The notes below the pieces were generated by a model. It was given only the letters and a program-made list of their open reading frames with translations. It was not told the DNA's origin and did not search any database. Below, piece after piece: positions 1-11,945 of a DNA stretch of 64,000 bases. The stretch lies in the NCBI GenBank assembly GCA_964234715.1, contig OZ174279.1, one strand, 5' to 3'. A program made the translations under genes and the position numbers. This stretch comes from Podarcis melisellensis. Its lineage: Eukaryota. Each line of letters opens with the position of its first letter. Position 1 is the stretch's first letter.

Positions 1-454
1 TAGCTATATAAATAGCTCTCTTCTCTAATTGGCTACACTTATCTGTACAACGTATTACCTGTCTTCATTTGTGGCTTTATAACATTGCGCAAGACTATAT
101 TGGTTGGAACAGTTTGCCTTCCAAATACATTCAGCTGCAATAGTGGGGCTAATAGTTACATATCAAAGTAGTAGCAAAAGACCAAAGTATGTGAAATGTG
201 ATCTGGCTGAGTAGATAATGTGGGGAAGATGAAACGCTAGGTAATTTAAAAATGTACATATTATTATGTAAACATTCTGTTGAACTGGTGATTACTTTAT
301 CATTGACTATCAAGGTAAATGGACAACTTTTCAAAGTCAGAATTAAAGTCAGCACATTTGCTGTGGGTAGTAACCTACAAAATAAGTTAATATTCATGTT
401 TCAAATCCCAGACATCTGCCTGGTTTATACTAATGCTGAGCAGCTGCCGCTTTA

Positions 455-1392
455 CTTCGTGGATTGGAGGAGCAGGTGTACGGTACGCTCATTTCTGGAG
501 GCAGAAAACTCACTCTGAATTGGACCGAACACGGGTTAGAGCTGAACGTCAAGCCAGCAATTGGTGATAGTAATGGTGAAGAGGACCTTCTTCACCGCCT
601 CTATTGCATCTGCAGAAAGCAGCAGCAGGAGACTCCTTTAGGTGGCAGTCTAATAATGGAACCACCTCCACCACTGGGGCCTGGTGAGGACCCCAAGATC
701 TCCTGCAATGATTTTGCATTTTTTTTCAGATAAAGTCACTCAGATTCAGAAAGAGGTAGACTCCACTGTGGTAGCAGGGCCGGGGCAGGAGAGTGCTAGA
801 GTCCTGTCTACTCAAGTTGCATGGGATCAGTTCCAATCTGTTATCTCCGAGGATGTGGACAGGCTGCTTGGATGAGTGAAACTGACTACCTGTCTCCTTG
901 ATCCTTGCCCATCCTAGTGATTGGGAGTGGCCACTGAGGCCATATAACACATATCCTGAAAGACCTACATTGGCTCCCAGTACATTTCCAAGCACAATTC
1001 AGAGTTGGTGCTGACCTTTAAAGCCCTAAATGAGCTTGGTCCAGTATACCTGAAGGAGCGTTTCCACCCTCATCTTTCAGCTCGGACACTGAAGTCCAGC
1101 TCCAAAGGCCGTCTGGCAGTTTTCTCACTGCGAGAAGTTAGGTTACAGGGAACCAGGCAGAGGGCCTTCTCGGTGGCACCCGCCGTGTGGACCGTCCTCC
1201 CATCAGATGTCAAGGAAATAAACCAACTATCTGACGTTTAGAAGACATCTGAAGGCAACCCTGTATCGGGAAATTTTCAATGCCTAATGCTTTACAATTT
1301 TTATGTGCTGTAAGCTGCCTTGAGTGACTGGGGAAACACAGCCAGATGGGTGGGATATAAATATTATTATTATTAGTAGTAGTAATAATAAT
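455..1392 (+). mobile_element. L2-clade LINE, 5'-truncated with internal deletion of the RT domain
   Basis: Degenerate ORF2 peptides FFSDKVTQIQ…WDQFQSV…TTCLLDPCPS joined to ILKDLHWLPVHFQAQF…LTFKALNELGPVYLKER…RAFSVAPAVW; 3' end GAGTGACTGGGGAAACACAGCCAGATGGG and (TTA)(TAG)(TAA) tail. Confidence 0.85.
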
Positions 1393-2225
1393 TATTTCCT
1401 CAACTATGTATTTCAGGTAGCATATAATGCATGTGCATCATATGTACTGTGACAGTGTCCCATCTGCACAATTTACTCCCCACAGAAAATGTTTTTGAAA
1501 ACTGATGTTAGCATTTTGGGTGTGTGGCTTGCCTATGGTGCAAAATAGCCTGGTACTGGCACTGGTCATAGGTGCATATGCTCTCACCATACAATGTCTA
1601 AGGTGCACATCCACTTTCACCACTGTTAGAAGGAATCCTCAACAACTACTTTTATACCGCTTAATTGCTGAAGTTTTTAAGCAGTGTTCATAAGATTACA
1701 AAAATCATTCAGTGGGCAAAGTCAGTTAAAATCATAATAAAACAGAAAGCTTACTTAAAAATGCCTGCTGAAATAGAAATGTTTTTGTCAAGCACATGAA
1801 GTTCAACAGGGGACTAACTGATAATATAAATGTGCTTGTTTGCTTCTGAATCTTCTTCCATACAATTTTTCTACTTTAAAATTGGGAAGATGAGAGAAGA
1901 TTATGTTAGCTGCTATGCAGCCTAGCTCTGGCAATGGCTGCTCTCAGTCTTATGAATCACTACCAAAATTAGGTCTGGTCTGGACATATAAGTTAAGATC
2001 AGAACAAGCCAAGTGTATGAGAAAAGGATGGCAAGCAAATGTGTGACAAGGAAAGAATTTAGTATCAACTGCTGACTTGTAAATTTGATGGGAAATATCT
2101 TCGAACTAATTTCAGTGTATTGAATTAACAGCAACCTTAATCATTTCCTTCCTGTTGTGGAAGTTTTTTTGGAAACTGAACTGCTTGTACAAACAGTAAG
2201 GAAATATTGGTGCACCTATGTATCA

Positions 2226-2477
2226 CAGGGGTCAGCAAACTTTTTCAGCAGGGGGCCGGTCCATTGTCCCTCAGACCTTGTGGGGGGCCGGACTTTATTT
2301 TGAAAGAAAAAAACTGAACGAATTCCTATGCCCCACAAATAACCAAGAGATGCATTTTAAATAAAAGGACACATTCTACTCATGTAAAAACACGCTGATT
2401 CCCAGATCGTCCGTGGGCCGGATTTAGAAGGCAATTGGGCCAGATCCAGCCCCCGGGCCTTAGTTTGCCTACCCATG
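2226..2477. mobile_element. Non-autonomous hAT (Charlie-like) MITE, 252 bp
   Basis: Termini CAGGGGTCAGCAAACT / AGTTTGCCTACCCATG; 8-bp TSD ATGTATCA (2218-2225) / ATGTAGCA (2478-2485). Confidence 0.85.
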
Positions 2478-2919
2478 ATGTAGCATGATAAATGAGTAGG
2501 ATGGCAAAGCAGCTATTACTTATGCACACTTTTCATGTTTATGGTTTTTCAAGTGTGTAACCACTTACCATTATGATAGCTTTATTTATTTTGGTTTGTG
2601 GTTAACTTTTCATTCAAGAACTTTTCATACTGTTTTGCCGGGGTCACCAATATTGTGTTTATGTAAAGTATGCTAATTGTTTGTTGCTGAGAACTTCTTG
2701 TGAAATTTGTATAAAGAATTCTTATTACATGGCCTTTGTAAATAAAGCATCCGTGGGACATCTGTGGTTACATAAAACAAAAGTAGATGGGGGACAGTGA
2801 AAAAAGATATAACCATGTAGTTTGTAGACTTAAACTTGAACGCACACCGAAGTGTGGCTGCTGCCTGCTGGGTCTGCATTGCTTTTAGTGAAATGCACAC
2901 ATTGCACATTGAACTGTAT

Positions 2920-3280
2920 ATTCTGTGGAAAGTTATTCAGTGCAGGTAGATTGCATGGGCACTCAGACACACAGTGATGCCTTTGATGACCTGTGCCACA
3001 AACTAGATATAATGAGCACTCATATTGGTGTGCTCTGTAGACTGATAGCTGTGGTTTTATATATACTAGCCTTTTGCTCTCTTTCACTCTTGTCTGATGT
3101 TCCTAACTCTTCTTTTAGACATTCTTTGCTTCTTTTGCATTCTTATGGACTTTTATATATATTTTCTGTTTTAACTCATTTTAGTGGTTTTTTAAAAATA
3201 GATTTTGAATGACTGTACCCCCTCCCTCCTTATGCTGGCCTATGACCATAATAAAGTGTTGATTGGTGATGGATTGGTAG
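2920..3280 (+). mobile_element. Degenerate 3' end of a non-LTR retrotransposon (possibly RTE-X)
   Basis: T-rich UTR-like tract ending TATGCTGGCCTATGACCATAATAAAG plus a decayed (GATT)-like tail; family recalled, not verified. Confidence 0.4.
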
Positions 3281-3360
3281 TTTAAATCCCCTTTTGAATG
3301 GTGGGAAGTTCTTGGAAAAAGTGAACCTGAGAATGCATAGTGTTATGTGCTTACCACCAG

Positions 3361-3949
3361 CAGTGCCGGATTTACGTATAAGCTAAACAAGGGGTCCCAC
3401 CAAAAAATCTAAAAGAAAAAAATCTGGATACTTCTTAATTGTATTTCAGTTCAACAATTACTTTGATAAAATACATACCGTAGATTCCGGCGTATTAGGC
3501 GACTGGGCATATTAGACGACCCCCCAAATAGGCAGCTGCAATTTGGGCGTTCGTCTTATAAGCCCAGTAGCCTAATACGCTGGGCAGCTCCATGCTGGGA
3601 GAAAGCTGCCCGGCGTGGAGCAGAGCCCGCCACTGGTTGCTGCTGCTTTGGGGCCGCCGCCGCCGTGGGTGGGCTCTGCTCCATGTTGCCCATACTCGGC
3701 GTATAAGATGACCCCCGACTTTTAAACCTCTTTTCTGGGGTTAACAAGTTGTCTTATATGCCAGAATCTACGGTATTTTTAATGTGCAAATGGCTTTAGA
3801 TGCCTATTAGGTCCATAAATTGCCATGTAGCATATATTCAACACAAAAAACCCAGTGTCAATTTGTTGTTGGCAAAGGACAGCTAGACATATAAAGGGCC
3901 CCATTACCTTCAGTAGCTTAGGGCTTCATCAAACCTAAATCTGGCCTTG
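3361..3949. mobile_element. hAT-type MITE interrupted by a nested MITE
   Basis: Termini CAGTGCCGGATTTA / TAAATCTGGCCTTG; degenerate 8-bp TSD ACCACCAG / ACCACTAC (6/8). Confidence 0.75.
3478..3773. mobile_element. Tc1/mariner-superfamily (Tc2/pogo-like) MITE nested in the hAT element
   Basis: TIR CCGTAGATTCCGGCGTAT / ATATGCCAGAATCTACGG; TA duplication at 3476-3477 and 3774-3775; internal copies of the GGCGTATAAGACGAC-like motif. Confidence 0.88.
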
Positions 3950-4818
3950 ACCACTACCATGGGTGGTGAAAATCTGGAGCTTGACTTCCTTTTGGAAGAG
4001 TGATTGCTGGAGACATATGGCATTTTGAAATATTTGATTTATCTACAAATATACAGTACATATAGACCATAGAGAGAGGTGGGAAGCTCCCAGTTTTGGG
4101 ACCAGACGCAGCCTTACAGGGCTTTCTTGTTTGACTTGCTAACCTCTCCCTAGTCCCCAGTCTTCTCAGGCCCATTTCCCGCGCTATTGAACTATTTCCC
4201 GCTGATCAGAGGAGTGGGGTGGGGATGGGATGGGGGAGGTCATTGGAAGGGCTGCTTAGCTGCTTAGTGGAATCACCTCAGAAGGAAAGAAACAAGGAAA
4301 TGGCAGAGTCTCTCTGCAGAGCTACCAATGGAGTTAGTCTGGTTTTCCTGTCCCTTCTTCCTCACTAAAGCTTTCTGTGGCCCCAGAAATGTAAGATATG
4401 GCATAACAATGTAAGATGTGGCATAGAGGACTACAGAAGAAAGGGGGAATTGATGGAAATCAGAGGGCTACCTTCCATGAGCTCAAGAGCATTCTACTTT
4501 CACAAGAGTAGGTTTGGATCCAAACCAAGCTTTTCAATGCCCTGTGTTAATGTTTTCTCTCTCTTCCTCTCTCTCTCCATTTGTAATTTGAAAAATGAAA
4601 AAGAAAAGCATATATTTCAAACCTCCCTATCTTGGATTTTTACATGAACTTAAAGCAGTTTTCATTCCTTCCAGCATTGTTTCCATGTCACTGCACAGAT
4701 CATTAGAACAAGTCAGGTAGAAATATTGACCTTCACGTTCGTTGTTTTGAATTTAAACACATAAATTCTGCAAAATAAAATAAAAATCTTCTGTCTTTTT
4801 TATTCTTTTTTCATTTAG

Positions 4819-4965
4819 CACTTTCAGACCATGTTGAAGACTAAGCTAAATGTCTTAACCCTTCGGAAGGAACCTCTCCCCACAGTGATCTTCCATGAGC
4901 CAGAAGCCATTGAGCTGTGCACCACAACTCCATTAATGAAAACCCGGTCACATGCTGGATGCAAG
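4819..4965 (+). CDS. PID1: PID1 internal coding exon (147 nt, phase 0/0), HFQTMLKTKLNVLTLRKEPLPTVIFHEPEAIELCTTTPLMKTRSHAGCK
   Basis: U-rich tract ending TTAG|CAC at 4818/4819; donor AAG|GTATCT after 4965; 49 codons closely matching the recalled vertebrate PID1 N-terminal region; joins in frame to the exon at 61219. Confidence 0.96.
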
Positions 4966-5404
4966 GTATCTAATAATTCAAAATCCAGGCAACATGCCTG
5001 TTGTGGAAATATTCTGCACCAATAAAGAGACAGTTGAAAAGGGGTGAGAAATTTAAACACCTATAGTATTTAAACAGCAGTATTCAAATATTTGTTCAGG
5101 GTGTTAGATCCAGGCTAAAGTTATGCTTAGAATAGGCCCATTGAGTATCCTAAGTCTTGCTGATTTCATTGGGCCTGCTCTAAGCATGTTATGGGTCTTA
5201 GTCCAACTCATTAACTTCCACAAAATTCAAAACAGAATGTTATTAAATCTCAGAAAAATTTACCGTGAAGCGATCCCTGGACTGGTACGAACCATAATCA
5301 TATCCTCTGTTAGGTTAGGTTTTTATTTTTATTTACTTTAATTTGGCCAGATTCCTCACTGACAGATAAGGAAGCTGGAACCTAAAAATTGTTGACCCCT
5401 TGAA

Positions 5405-5868
5405 TCAGAGGTAGGAAAGTAGATCCAGTCAGTGGGCTGGATTCTAACTTCCCCTACTCCCTGCAGGTCAACTTTTACAGTGTGTGGGATCACTTTCTGG
5501 TCAGTCACACAACATTGCAATGATGTCAAGCAGGTGACACATGTCAGTGTTCTAATGAGATTGCTGAAACTACCGTTCATACAGCAATTTCCTTTGAAGG
5601 TGCGTGATCGGCCACAGGAACGCACCTTCAAAGCGGGTTGTTGTCTCTTCCAAACAGGCATTTGCCAGTTACAAAAAACACCTTTGAAACTTCCATTTTC
5701 CAATGCAGTGCAGCTGATCCCATTGGGGCTCCCTGGGACAGACACTGAGTCCCATAGGATGTCAGGTGTATGGCAGGAGGGGCTGTTTGCGAGGAACAGC
5801 TTCACAAGCCAAATTAGGACCCATTCCAGGCCTAATTGGGTCTGTGGGCCAGAGGTTTCCCATCTAGG
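5405..5868. mobile_element. Old hAT-like non-autonomous element
   Basis: Degenerate termini CAGAGGTAGGAAA / TTTCCCATCTAG with subterminal GGGCTGGATT and GTGGGCCAG motifs like the 2226 element; no clear TSD. Confidence 0.4.
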
Positions 5869-6440
5869 CCTTGAATGACTCTTATTTTAAGAACCACACA
5901 GAATCAATTCTTAGAGGTTGAATCATTTTAAGAAATACACTTATGAATAATAATGATAAAAAATTGGCAGAAACTTAGCATGTTTAAGGTCAGAGGTTGC
6001 AGTCCCTGAGTAGATGGGCTGCGGAAGACATCTCTACCTCAATACCAGGAAAGTTGCTGCTAATCAAGTAGAAAGTGCTGGGCTATGTGGACACAGGTGA
6101 GAGTGAGGTTTCCATCAGTAGAATGGGGAGGGAAGCAATATGCAATGATTCCCCCTCCCTCTGCTCCCCCTGTAAATTTGTTCTGGAGGGCCCTTGAACC
6201 CTTTGGAACAGATTCAGAGGTTTATATGGGAAATGGTCAAATAATGCTTCTCTCTTAGTTCTGCTGATGCAAGCCTTATTGTTAGCTGAGTGTTTGGCTG
6301 CAACCCTTAGCTGTATAAGCGAGTTTCTTGCCCCAATTTTTATCCTTTATCCTAACAAATTTCATTTGGTTGGATCCTTACATTTGCGGGTTCACTCATG
6401 GAATGGAGGGGAATCTTTAGCTCAGTAGGTAAGACTGTTT

Positions 6441-6952
6441 GTAGCTCTGTGGTAGAGTACAGTGGTGCCTCGCAAGACGAAATTAATCCGTTCTGTGAGG
6501 CTCTTTGTATAGCGGTTTTTTCGTCTTGCGAAGCAAGCCCATTGACAGCTTAGCGGATTAGCGCTACAGCTGTCAAGCGGCTCCCAGCGATCAGCTGTTA
6601 AGCGGCTTATCAGCGGAACAGCTGATAAGCGGCTTAGCGGCTTAAGAAAAGGGCGAAAAAAGCGAAAAAAAACCGCGGGGGGATGCAAGATTTTTTTCGT
6701 CTTGCGAAGCAACCCCATAGGGGAATTCGTTTTACGAAGCGCCTCCAAAACGGAAAACCCTTTCGTCTAGCGGGTTTTTCGTCTTGCGAGGCGTTCGTCT
6801 TGCGGGGCACCACTGTACATGCTTTGCATGCAAATAACCCCACATTCAGTTCACAGTATCTCCAGACAGAGCTGTGAAAAAAACTTCTGTCTGAAACCTT
6901 GGTGAACTGTGGCCAATGGTCTGGCTATGCACAAGGCATCTTATATCCTATG
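6441..6952 (+). mobile_element. tRNA-derived SINE with CR1-like tail (Squam2-like, name tentative), split by a MITE
   Basis: GTAGCTCTGTGGTAGAG…[MITE]…CATGCTTTGCATGCA…ATCTCCAG…CTGAAACCTTGG…CCAATGGTCTGG…AAGGCATC is colinear with copies at 36496 and 52207. Confidence 0.6.
6460..6815. mobile_element. Tigger/pogo-like MITE, 356 bp, young
   Basis: 22-bp TIR CAGTGGTGCCTCGCAAGACGAA with 21/22 match; TA duplication at 6458-6459 and 6816-6817; CpG-rich. Confidence 0.92.
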
Positions 6953-9327
6953 AGAGGCAATTTTTACCACTTGCCCCTGCAGCCTCTTTCTCCACAAACA
7001 TCTGCTTTGGAGAACTGGGGATCCTCCAGAACAGAATGGGAGGTGGCACAAAAATTGCAGGGTGATGGGAAAGCTGTCTTTTCTTTGTGAAGGAGTATAT
7101 TGGATATAAGCCACTAACTTGAGTCACCATTTTATTATTGTGTCTTTACTTTCTCTGTCAAAAATAATTTTAAAATCTCACGTATTAATGGGAAAAACAA
7201 TTTATGTGTTTATACAGTCAGCTCTGTTTATAATCTTTAACTCTCCAGAGACAATGTAGCTGTGGGAATAGGATCATGAATTTGTTGAGACTTGTACCGT
7301 CTTAGCAAAAAAGGGCTCTTATGCATTAGCATGTTTGCAGAGTCAAACATACTGTAAAATGTATTGTACCTTCTGCTATTGAACTTGAATTCCACATTAG
7401 CATTCTTCATAATCCACACCCACTTCAGCTGACCACACCCACTTCCTGGCATATGGCCCATTGGAAGTTGTCCAAGGCTGAAAGCAGCCCGCAGACCAAG
7501 AAAGTTAGCCACTTCTGCCCCTAGGAAGTTTTGGCTTATTAACCTTTCCTTCTGGGCCCTTGAATTCTGCACTTTGTGAACTGCTCATTTCTAAGGAGAG
7601 TTATATTTATTGTATGGTTGGGTCCTACTGAGCTTTGATGTTCATGGGGTTCTTAGGATTGAGCATTTCCAGAAGAAAATGTCAGAGGAACTGAACATAT
7701 AAATAGTAAAAGATAAAACAATAGGTGTTTTCGTAGCAAAATATGTTGACCTTGAAATCAGCTACCAAGTTGGGGGTTATCTGTTTCCATTGGGGGAGGT
7801 CTTGAATGATTTCTCAAGCTCAAAACAGTAAACATAACATATTCACTGGCCTGCACCAAGCAATAAAATAACTTTGAGCTATTATGATGGCAACACTGGA
7901 GACCAAGGTGGCTACTGGATACATCATAAAGAAGGAGGTCCAAAATGGTGCCCATTATGGCAGAATGCTTATGTGTGTCTGTCAGAGTAGCTGAGTTTTC
8001 TCTGTGGGTACATATGGATTAGCTAGTTGCCCAATGCTTCAGTCCACACATAGTCATTATACTCTTGTGGTTGTAACCCATCACTATGAGATTGCAGGTG
8101 AACTATGGAACTATCACAGCTACAAAGAGATGAGCCCTCCCCAAAACAGTTTAGCTGTTGATGCTTGACATGAGATGGGTTGGCTCTTGTTTCAAAGCAA
8201 ACTTTAAGCCATATGGTATGGCCAGAGAGATCACTCCAGTCTCAAAGGGGGAGCATTTGTGATAGCCACCAACAGAAGAGATTTGGGATGGGTGGGAAGA
8301 GAAGCAAACCATCATTTAAGTGAAACAAATCATAATCTTTGAGCTACGTCCTGGCATGTTAAAACAGATTAAGGCTTAGCATTTTATTCAAAAGTAGTCA
8401 AAACCTATGTTGTCGAGTTTAGATGCATTTTATGTATGGGATGGTTTGGATCATAAGATTAAGAGCTAACCATGCTATACTTTTTCTGTTTTTGGTACTG
8501 AATCTCCTTTTTATCATGTAGCTAAGTCAACAAGCTTGGCCCTTTCCCCTTGTCTGCAGTTGTTTCCAACTGATGTTTTAAACTCTGTTTTTTGACACTA
8601 GTAGAAGAACAGCACAAGTTACTACGAAGACAAAGATGGCAAAACCTGAACAGTGAAACAGAATATGCCAATTCTCCATGCCCCTATACATAACAAATCT
8701 CCATGCACAATATTCTGATTGGGAAAATGGCCAAGGAGAGAACAGGTGTCTTGGTGTGCCTGTTTGGCTTTGACCAGCATCCTAATTATTTATTGATTTC
8801 CAAAGTGTCAGAATATATTGTGTGAAAATTGCTGGCACAGTTTGTTAATTTTCATTAGAAAACACTTTCCTTCTACTTCAGAGGCACACAATTATATTTA
8901 AATTTGACATTTGAATTTCTTGATATTAAGGTAGCATGCTCCACTTATAATGTTCATGCTAGTTTCTAGCAGTTTCTTTACATTAGACAAGAACTAGCAC
9001 ATACTTACTATAAATAGCAGTGAATAAATTATGGTTTGACTCTGAGCTGCCACCTCAAAAGTGCAGCTTACAGGTTAGATAGTGGTTTTGCATTGTGTCC
9101 CCTTGCACCAGGTCTGGCAATTCACAAAGCTGTTGGCATTTTCCATTAGCACTTCTATACTGGTCTCTTTCCACAATACTCCAAACTGTTTGGATTGTTT
9201 CCAAATAGTTAATCCGCTTGGGAGACTTCTAGAATTACCAGCAACAGACATTGTCAGGATATGCTAGCCCTGTGCTACTCTGACAGCTCAGGTGATGTAG
9301 TGTAAATAGTGTTGACATTCTGTAGAG

Positions 9328-9612
9328 CAGGGAAAGTCAATGTGTTACCCTTCATATATCGTTGGACTCCAGCTTCCATTTTACTTGATCATTCATCATG
9401 CTGGCTGGGCCTGATGGGATCTAGAATCTAGAAAACATATTGACGGCACTACATTTAATTTTCTTTACTTCAGAGCAGGCTGCTTCAAGCTTGAATTCCC
9501 AGATGTTGTTGCATTACTACTCCTATCATCCTCAGTCAGCTTAGCCAGTGGTTGGGGATTATGGGAGTTGTTGTCCAACAATATCTGGAAACCCAAGCTT
9601 AAAGACACTACT
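9328..9612. mobile_element. Two adjacent copies of a ~135-bp palindromic hAT-like MITE
   Basis: Each has the self-complementary core CCAGATGTTGTT…ACTCC(C)ATCATCC…GATGGGAGTTGT…CCAACAA(C)ATCTGG; copies ~9328-9456 and ~9476-9612. Confidence 0.7.
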
Positions 9613-11812
9613 ATAGTGAATGTTTGTCTTGAAATTGCTGATCTGCCATTGAGTACATTGTGCAGGCTTATACAGGTCTTTCAAGCTAACCTACTTCCAC
9701 AGTGGTTGTGAGGGTGAAAACAGCCCCAAGTATGCCGCCATAAGCTCCTCAGTGAAGGGTGCATTGCAAATAAGACAAGTAAGTACTTTGCCATTTCCCC
9801 ACAGTTCGAACAGAAATCAAGATATCATGCTTTCTCCCCTTCCCCTCTCTGAAGTCAGGAACTTGTAGGAATGATTCTTGTGAATTGTTATTTCAAACCA
9901 CTCATTACTCAAATGCAAAATGACAGAGGTTATAAAGGTTGCCTGTAACTTGTGGGGTTGTGTCGCAAGTTTAATACTTTTCTTAAATTCTTCAACGTGA
10001 AACCAGTTCAGTACAGTCAGTGATCAGAGTCAGTTCTTATTTCAGTCAGATGCTTAGTCGTGCTTTTTGAAAAGCAAGTGTTGTTTGTCTTGTTTCTACC
10101 ACACTGCCTGACATCTTCATTTAACTTGGACTGACCCTTCTTTCTTAAGCTTATGATGAATGGTGCTTGCATGGTTCAGGTGACAATCACTCTAGCATAT
10201 AGTTTTGCAAAATGGCACTTGCAATTGTATGGTGGTGCGTCTTCTTAAATTGGAAGATTGCAAACTTCAAGTTTTTATTTCCTCTCAGCTCGACATGTCA
10301 TATTAACTAATTTTGGGAAGCAGCTTATTTTACCATTATTACAATTGAAGTTTTGGATGTGGAATATTATTTCTGTAGCAGGAATTACAATGTTACCCTT
10401 GGAGGGGGAAAAAGACACCCAACCATTACTTTAATTGCTAGCAGCAAAAAAAGCATGAGTTAAAAAAAATTGAACATATTCTGTGCCTACAGAAGACGTT
10501 AACTCTGAACCCAGAGTGTACCTTTAGCTGTACTTACATATCTACATTGCTTAGGATTTACATTAAGTGTGTCATAGCTTTTAAGAAAATCAATCCCACA
10601 TTATAAATAAAATGAATTAATCACTGCACATGGAACACTCCACTTTATATGGAGCTTGACTTCCTCGAATCAAGTACAGTCTTGTTGTGAACTATATCCA
10701 CATTCACTTGGACCAGACTGTTGCATTAATACATTACTGTGTTTGCGTGTTTACTCAACATCTCAAGTTCTTACCATCTCAAGACTTCTCCTTTAATTAC
10801 ACATCCTCACATGGTAAAACTGCCAATGCAATCATTTGACATTCATAGCTGACCTTGTCTGTTTCAGCCACAGTTGGTTAGCTGATGCATGCATTGCTAA
10901 AGCCACTTCCTTTTGTGACTATTGTGCGGTAGCAACCCATTCTCGCCAGTACAGCTGCATTTCACAAAATATGGAAAGCAGCTAGCAAATTCTTTCAAGG
11001 TTCTTTGCCAAGTTGGTAAGTGGTATGGCGGTAAGCTGACCACAACCACTTCCCTTTTCAAAAAGGGTAAATGCAGATTCTAAACAAACAAGGCCCAAAT
11101 TCTCAAATGGAGTGGTTTAAAGGAAGATGATGCAGCAATTTTGCTAAACGTAAGCAGGTCTGAACTGGTTTAGTGCCTGGATGTGAGAATTATATCCATG
11201 CAACCTTGACTTCTTTCAAAGAAAGGCAATGTATGAATGAAATAAATGTTGGTAATGAATCCATAATTTCCTCTTGCCATCTCATTTCTCTTGATTAAAT
11301 GTTGCTGAATTCATTTCACCAATTGACACAGTTCCTTATTCCCAAATTGCATTGCTTGGCTTCCTCTTTCGATGTTTGTGTGTGCTAAAAGAGAAATTTA
11401 CAGACACCTTGAAATCCCCAAACTGTTTTAAGGATAGGCTCATCATAGGGAGATACCTAACAGAATGTGCCTTTGGCCTAGCTGCACAATTTCAGCCTGC
11501 ATAATAGACTTGTTCCAAACATTGCCTTAGCTTTGCCATGAATAATATTGCTTTAACAAGGATGTGAAGGGAGGTATGGATTTCAGAAGATGAGCTATTG
11601 CAAAATTCCAACAGTTTATAATACACAAAAAGCTTTTATACAGTAGCATATCCAAGCAGATTAAGAAGAACACGAATGGTATTAAGTGCTTTCAAAGAAG
11701 GCAAGCGGAATGTGGATACTCACTGTTCGCCAGTGATTCCTTCCTTAACCAAAAGACCTTTGCACAGATAGTGATTGCAAAGTCCTGGTAAGAAGAGGTA
11801 CCTGACCACTTC

Positions 11813-11945
11813 AGATGTAGTCAACATGGTGCCGTCCAGATATTTTTGGATTAATACTCCCATCATCCACGTCAGTTAGCCTCACTGGCTGGGACTGATG
11901 GGAATTGTAGTCCAATATATGAAGGGCACCATGTCAGTTACCCTG
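11813..11945. mobile_element. ~135-bp palindromic hAT-like MITE (same family as 9328)
   Basis: AACATGGTGCCGTCCAGAT…CTCCCATCATCC…GACTGATGGGAATTGTAGTCCAA…GGGCACCATGTC; further copies near 13850-13937, 23715-23797, 37990-38052. Confidence 0.7.

Noticed and set aside
5356-5878. Overlapping 148/149-aa ORFs on both strands
   Set aside because: Lie within a probable DNA-transposon remnant; no recognisable protein motif.
10950-11015. 66-nt potential exon (CCAG|TAC…TTG|GTAAGT)
   Set aside because: Mediocre acceptor and in-frame TAG; such pairs are expected by chance in 56 kb and nothing else supports it.
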